This document shows, piece after piece, positions 62,261-64,000 of a DNA stretch of 64,000 nucleotides. The notes beneath the pieces were generated by a model. That model had not been told where the DNA came from and searched no databases. It was given only the letters and a program-made list of their open reading frames with translations. Numbering within the stretch: position 1 is the stretch's first letter; each line of letters opens with the position of its first letter. A program made the translations under genes and the position numbers. The stretch spans positions 20,026,001 to 20,090,000 of the forward strand of contig NC_135655.1 in NCBI RefSeq assembly GCF_964188315.1. Reading direction: 5' to 3'. This DNA comes from Podarcis muralis. Taxonomy: Eukaryota.

Positions 62261-64000
62261 CTGCAAAAAGAGAAAATAACATACTTAAGAAATTAAGTGA
62301 CCAAGTGCACACACACAAACAAAAAGGTTGATAAAGAAACCAAACCAGCTGTTATGCGAAAAACTGTTCTAGTGAGTCGCCCTTTTATGGGGCTTGCAAA
62401 GTTTATCAAGATCATACAATCCCAAGAACTATTTACAAATGGTACTGAATACATTATACCTGAAAGTTATCGAGTAAAACTTGTCTAGTAAAACTGGTGT
62501 AGTAATACTGATATATTGCCCAGGACCAGTATGAGGGCCAGAGCGTGATGGTGGTTTTTCACAGAAATATCACAAGTAAACCCACCACCACTCCTGAATC
62601 CCTCCACTGGGCACTGGGGGCGAAGGGACTCCCCAGTGCTTGGTAGAAGGAACAAGCTATCTTGGTCCTGGCCCCGTGGGGTGAAACTGCCTCACATCTC
62701 TTGGCAGGAGTGGCAGTGTTTTCACCCTAGCGCCTTACAGCTTGTTCCATCCTCTGTTTCAACATCACAATGTATCACTTAACCGTGATGTTCGGCTGGT
62801 GATCCATTGCAATGTTGAAAAGCTGACATCTCCCAGCCCTATTTTGATATTAATATTGGGGGGGAAACTGAGTCAAAAAGGAACAAGAACTCCATGTGTG
62901 TTATTTCAGCTAGAGTAACCATGACAGTTGAGATGCACACTAATTGTATATGATTATAGTACTACAGAGCGATTAGTTGGAAAAAGACTTGTATTATGAC
63001 TGCAAGTTCAATTCGTGCAGTTCACAGTTAATACTTACTGTACACAAACAGGCAGAGACAAGACTTCAGTTGTATTCCTAATAAAAACCTTCATGGAGAA
63101 AAAGCTGTCTACAGTGGTGGATATGTGTGGAAAATATGTGTTTTCTTTCACGGGTGATCATTATGCATTGGTTTGCATTGTTTGCAATGGTTTAAAGCTG
63201 TGGATCACCAGAGAAGGAAGACTTCATTTCTTTAATCAAGGATGGTTACCTCCTGTGGTCCTCTAGATGCTGCTGGAGTACAGTCTTTGGCTATGTTGTC
63301 AGGGCCTGATGGTGTTGGAAGACCAACATCTGCAGGGCCACAAGTTCACCACCCCTGCTTTAATTCATGGATGGATAGCTTTCAACATGGAAGTTCATGT
63401 ACATTTAAAAGTATTCTGGCAGATGCAGATGCCCATGCTCCTTGCAGAACCATGACATCACAAGCTGCACCTGCTAATATTTTCCCTTCCAGTATAATTA
63501 TATGTTGAAAGACTGTTATCCATAATTAAAGGGTGAAGTAAAGTATTAAATGCAGAATTTTTCAATACATTAATCATGAAAAGAAAACGGAAGTTTTATT
63601 TAGGCAAACGATAGATAGCACCTTTTAGTGAAAAGGCATCTGGGACAAAAAAGCTGCCTAGTAATCAGAAATTCAAGATTTAGGGCCTTCCTACCATGAA
63701 CCAAGTGACATGGAACACCTTATCTGATGCATTTCTGCCAGTCAGGATCCCTGCAAAGTTTAAAAAAGAAACTGTATAGAAACCCTATTGCAGAAGACTA
63801 GAGGGTCAAAACTGGTAACTCCAAACATCTTTTCTCTTAATTAGAAATAGCACTGTGTGTTCTTTACATTCTGTTGGAAGATGCCCAGAGTAGCTGGGGA
63901 AACCCAGTCAGATGGGCAAGTAATTAATTGTTGTTGTTGTTATAGTAGGTTTGTTAGCATCTTCCATATAAAAATAAACATTCTGAAACACTCGGTACAA

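Noticed and set aside
62261-64000. Upstream GSKIP coding exon
   Set aside because: No matching N-terminal sequence seen; region looks intronic with repeat remnants.

Overview
Vertebrate nuclear DNA from a squamate reptile, inferred from Sauria-type SINEs, an RTE/BovB LINE and lizard-type MITEs; the species cannot be fixed from sequence alone. Three genes lie in tandem on the minus strand in the order known from human 14q32. They are the last coding exon of GSKIP (62099-62260), a complete 18-exon AK7 (35244-60125, 730 aa) and exons 1-14 of PAPOLA (604-31654, continuing off the left edge). All exons were read by hand with GT-AG boundaries and consistent phases. Introns and the AK7-PAPOLA gap hold many mobile elements: a near full-length BovB, two Penelope-like elements, a decayed IR/DR Tc1, a solo LTR, L1/CR1/L2 fragments, SINEs and MITEs. 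Four observations stand out. (1) A 142-bp near-perfect inverted duplication in PAPOLA intron 12 covers the 3' splice site of a candidate stop-containing exon. (2) Two different MITE families inserted at the equivalent TA of both direct repeats of one Tc1 end. (3) Three hammerhead-ribozyme motifs lie in AK7 introns, one of them sense in the pre-mRNA and inside a 547-bp inverted repeat. (4) A solo LTR is almost entirely one open reading frame. No alignments, folding or database searches were run; family names rest on motif recognition and recalled sequences.
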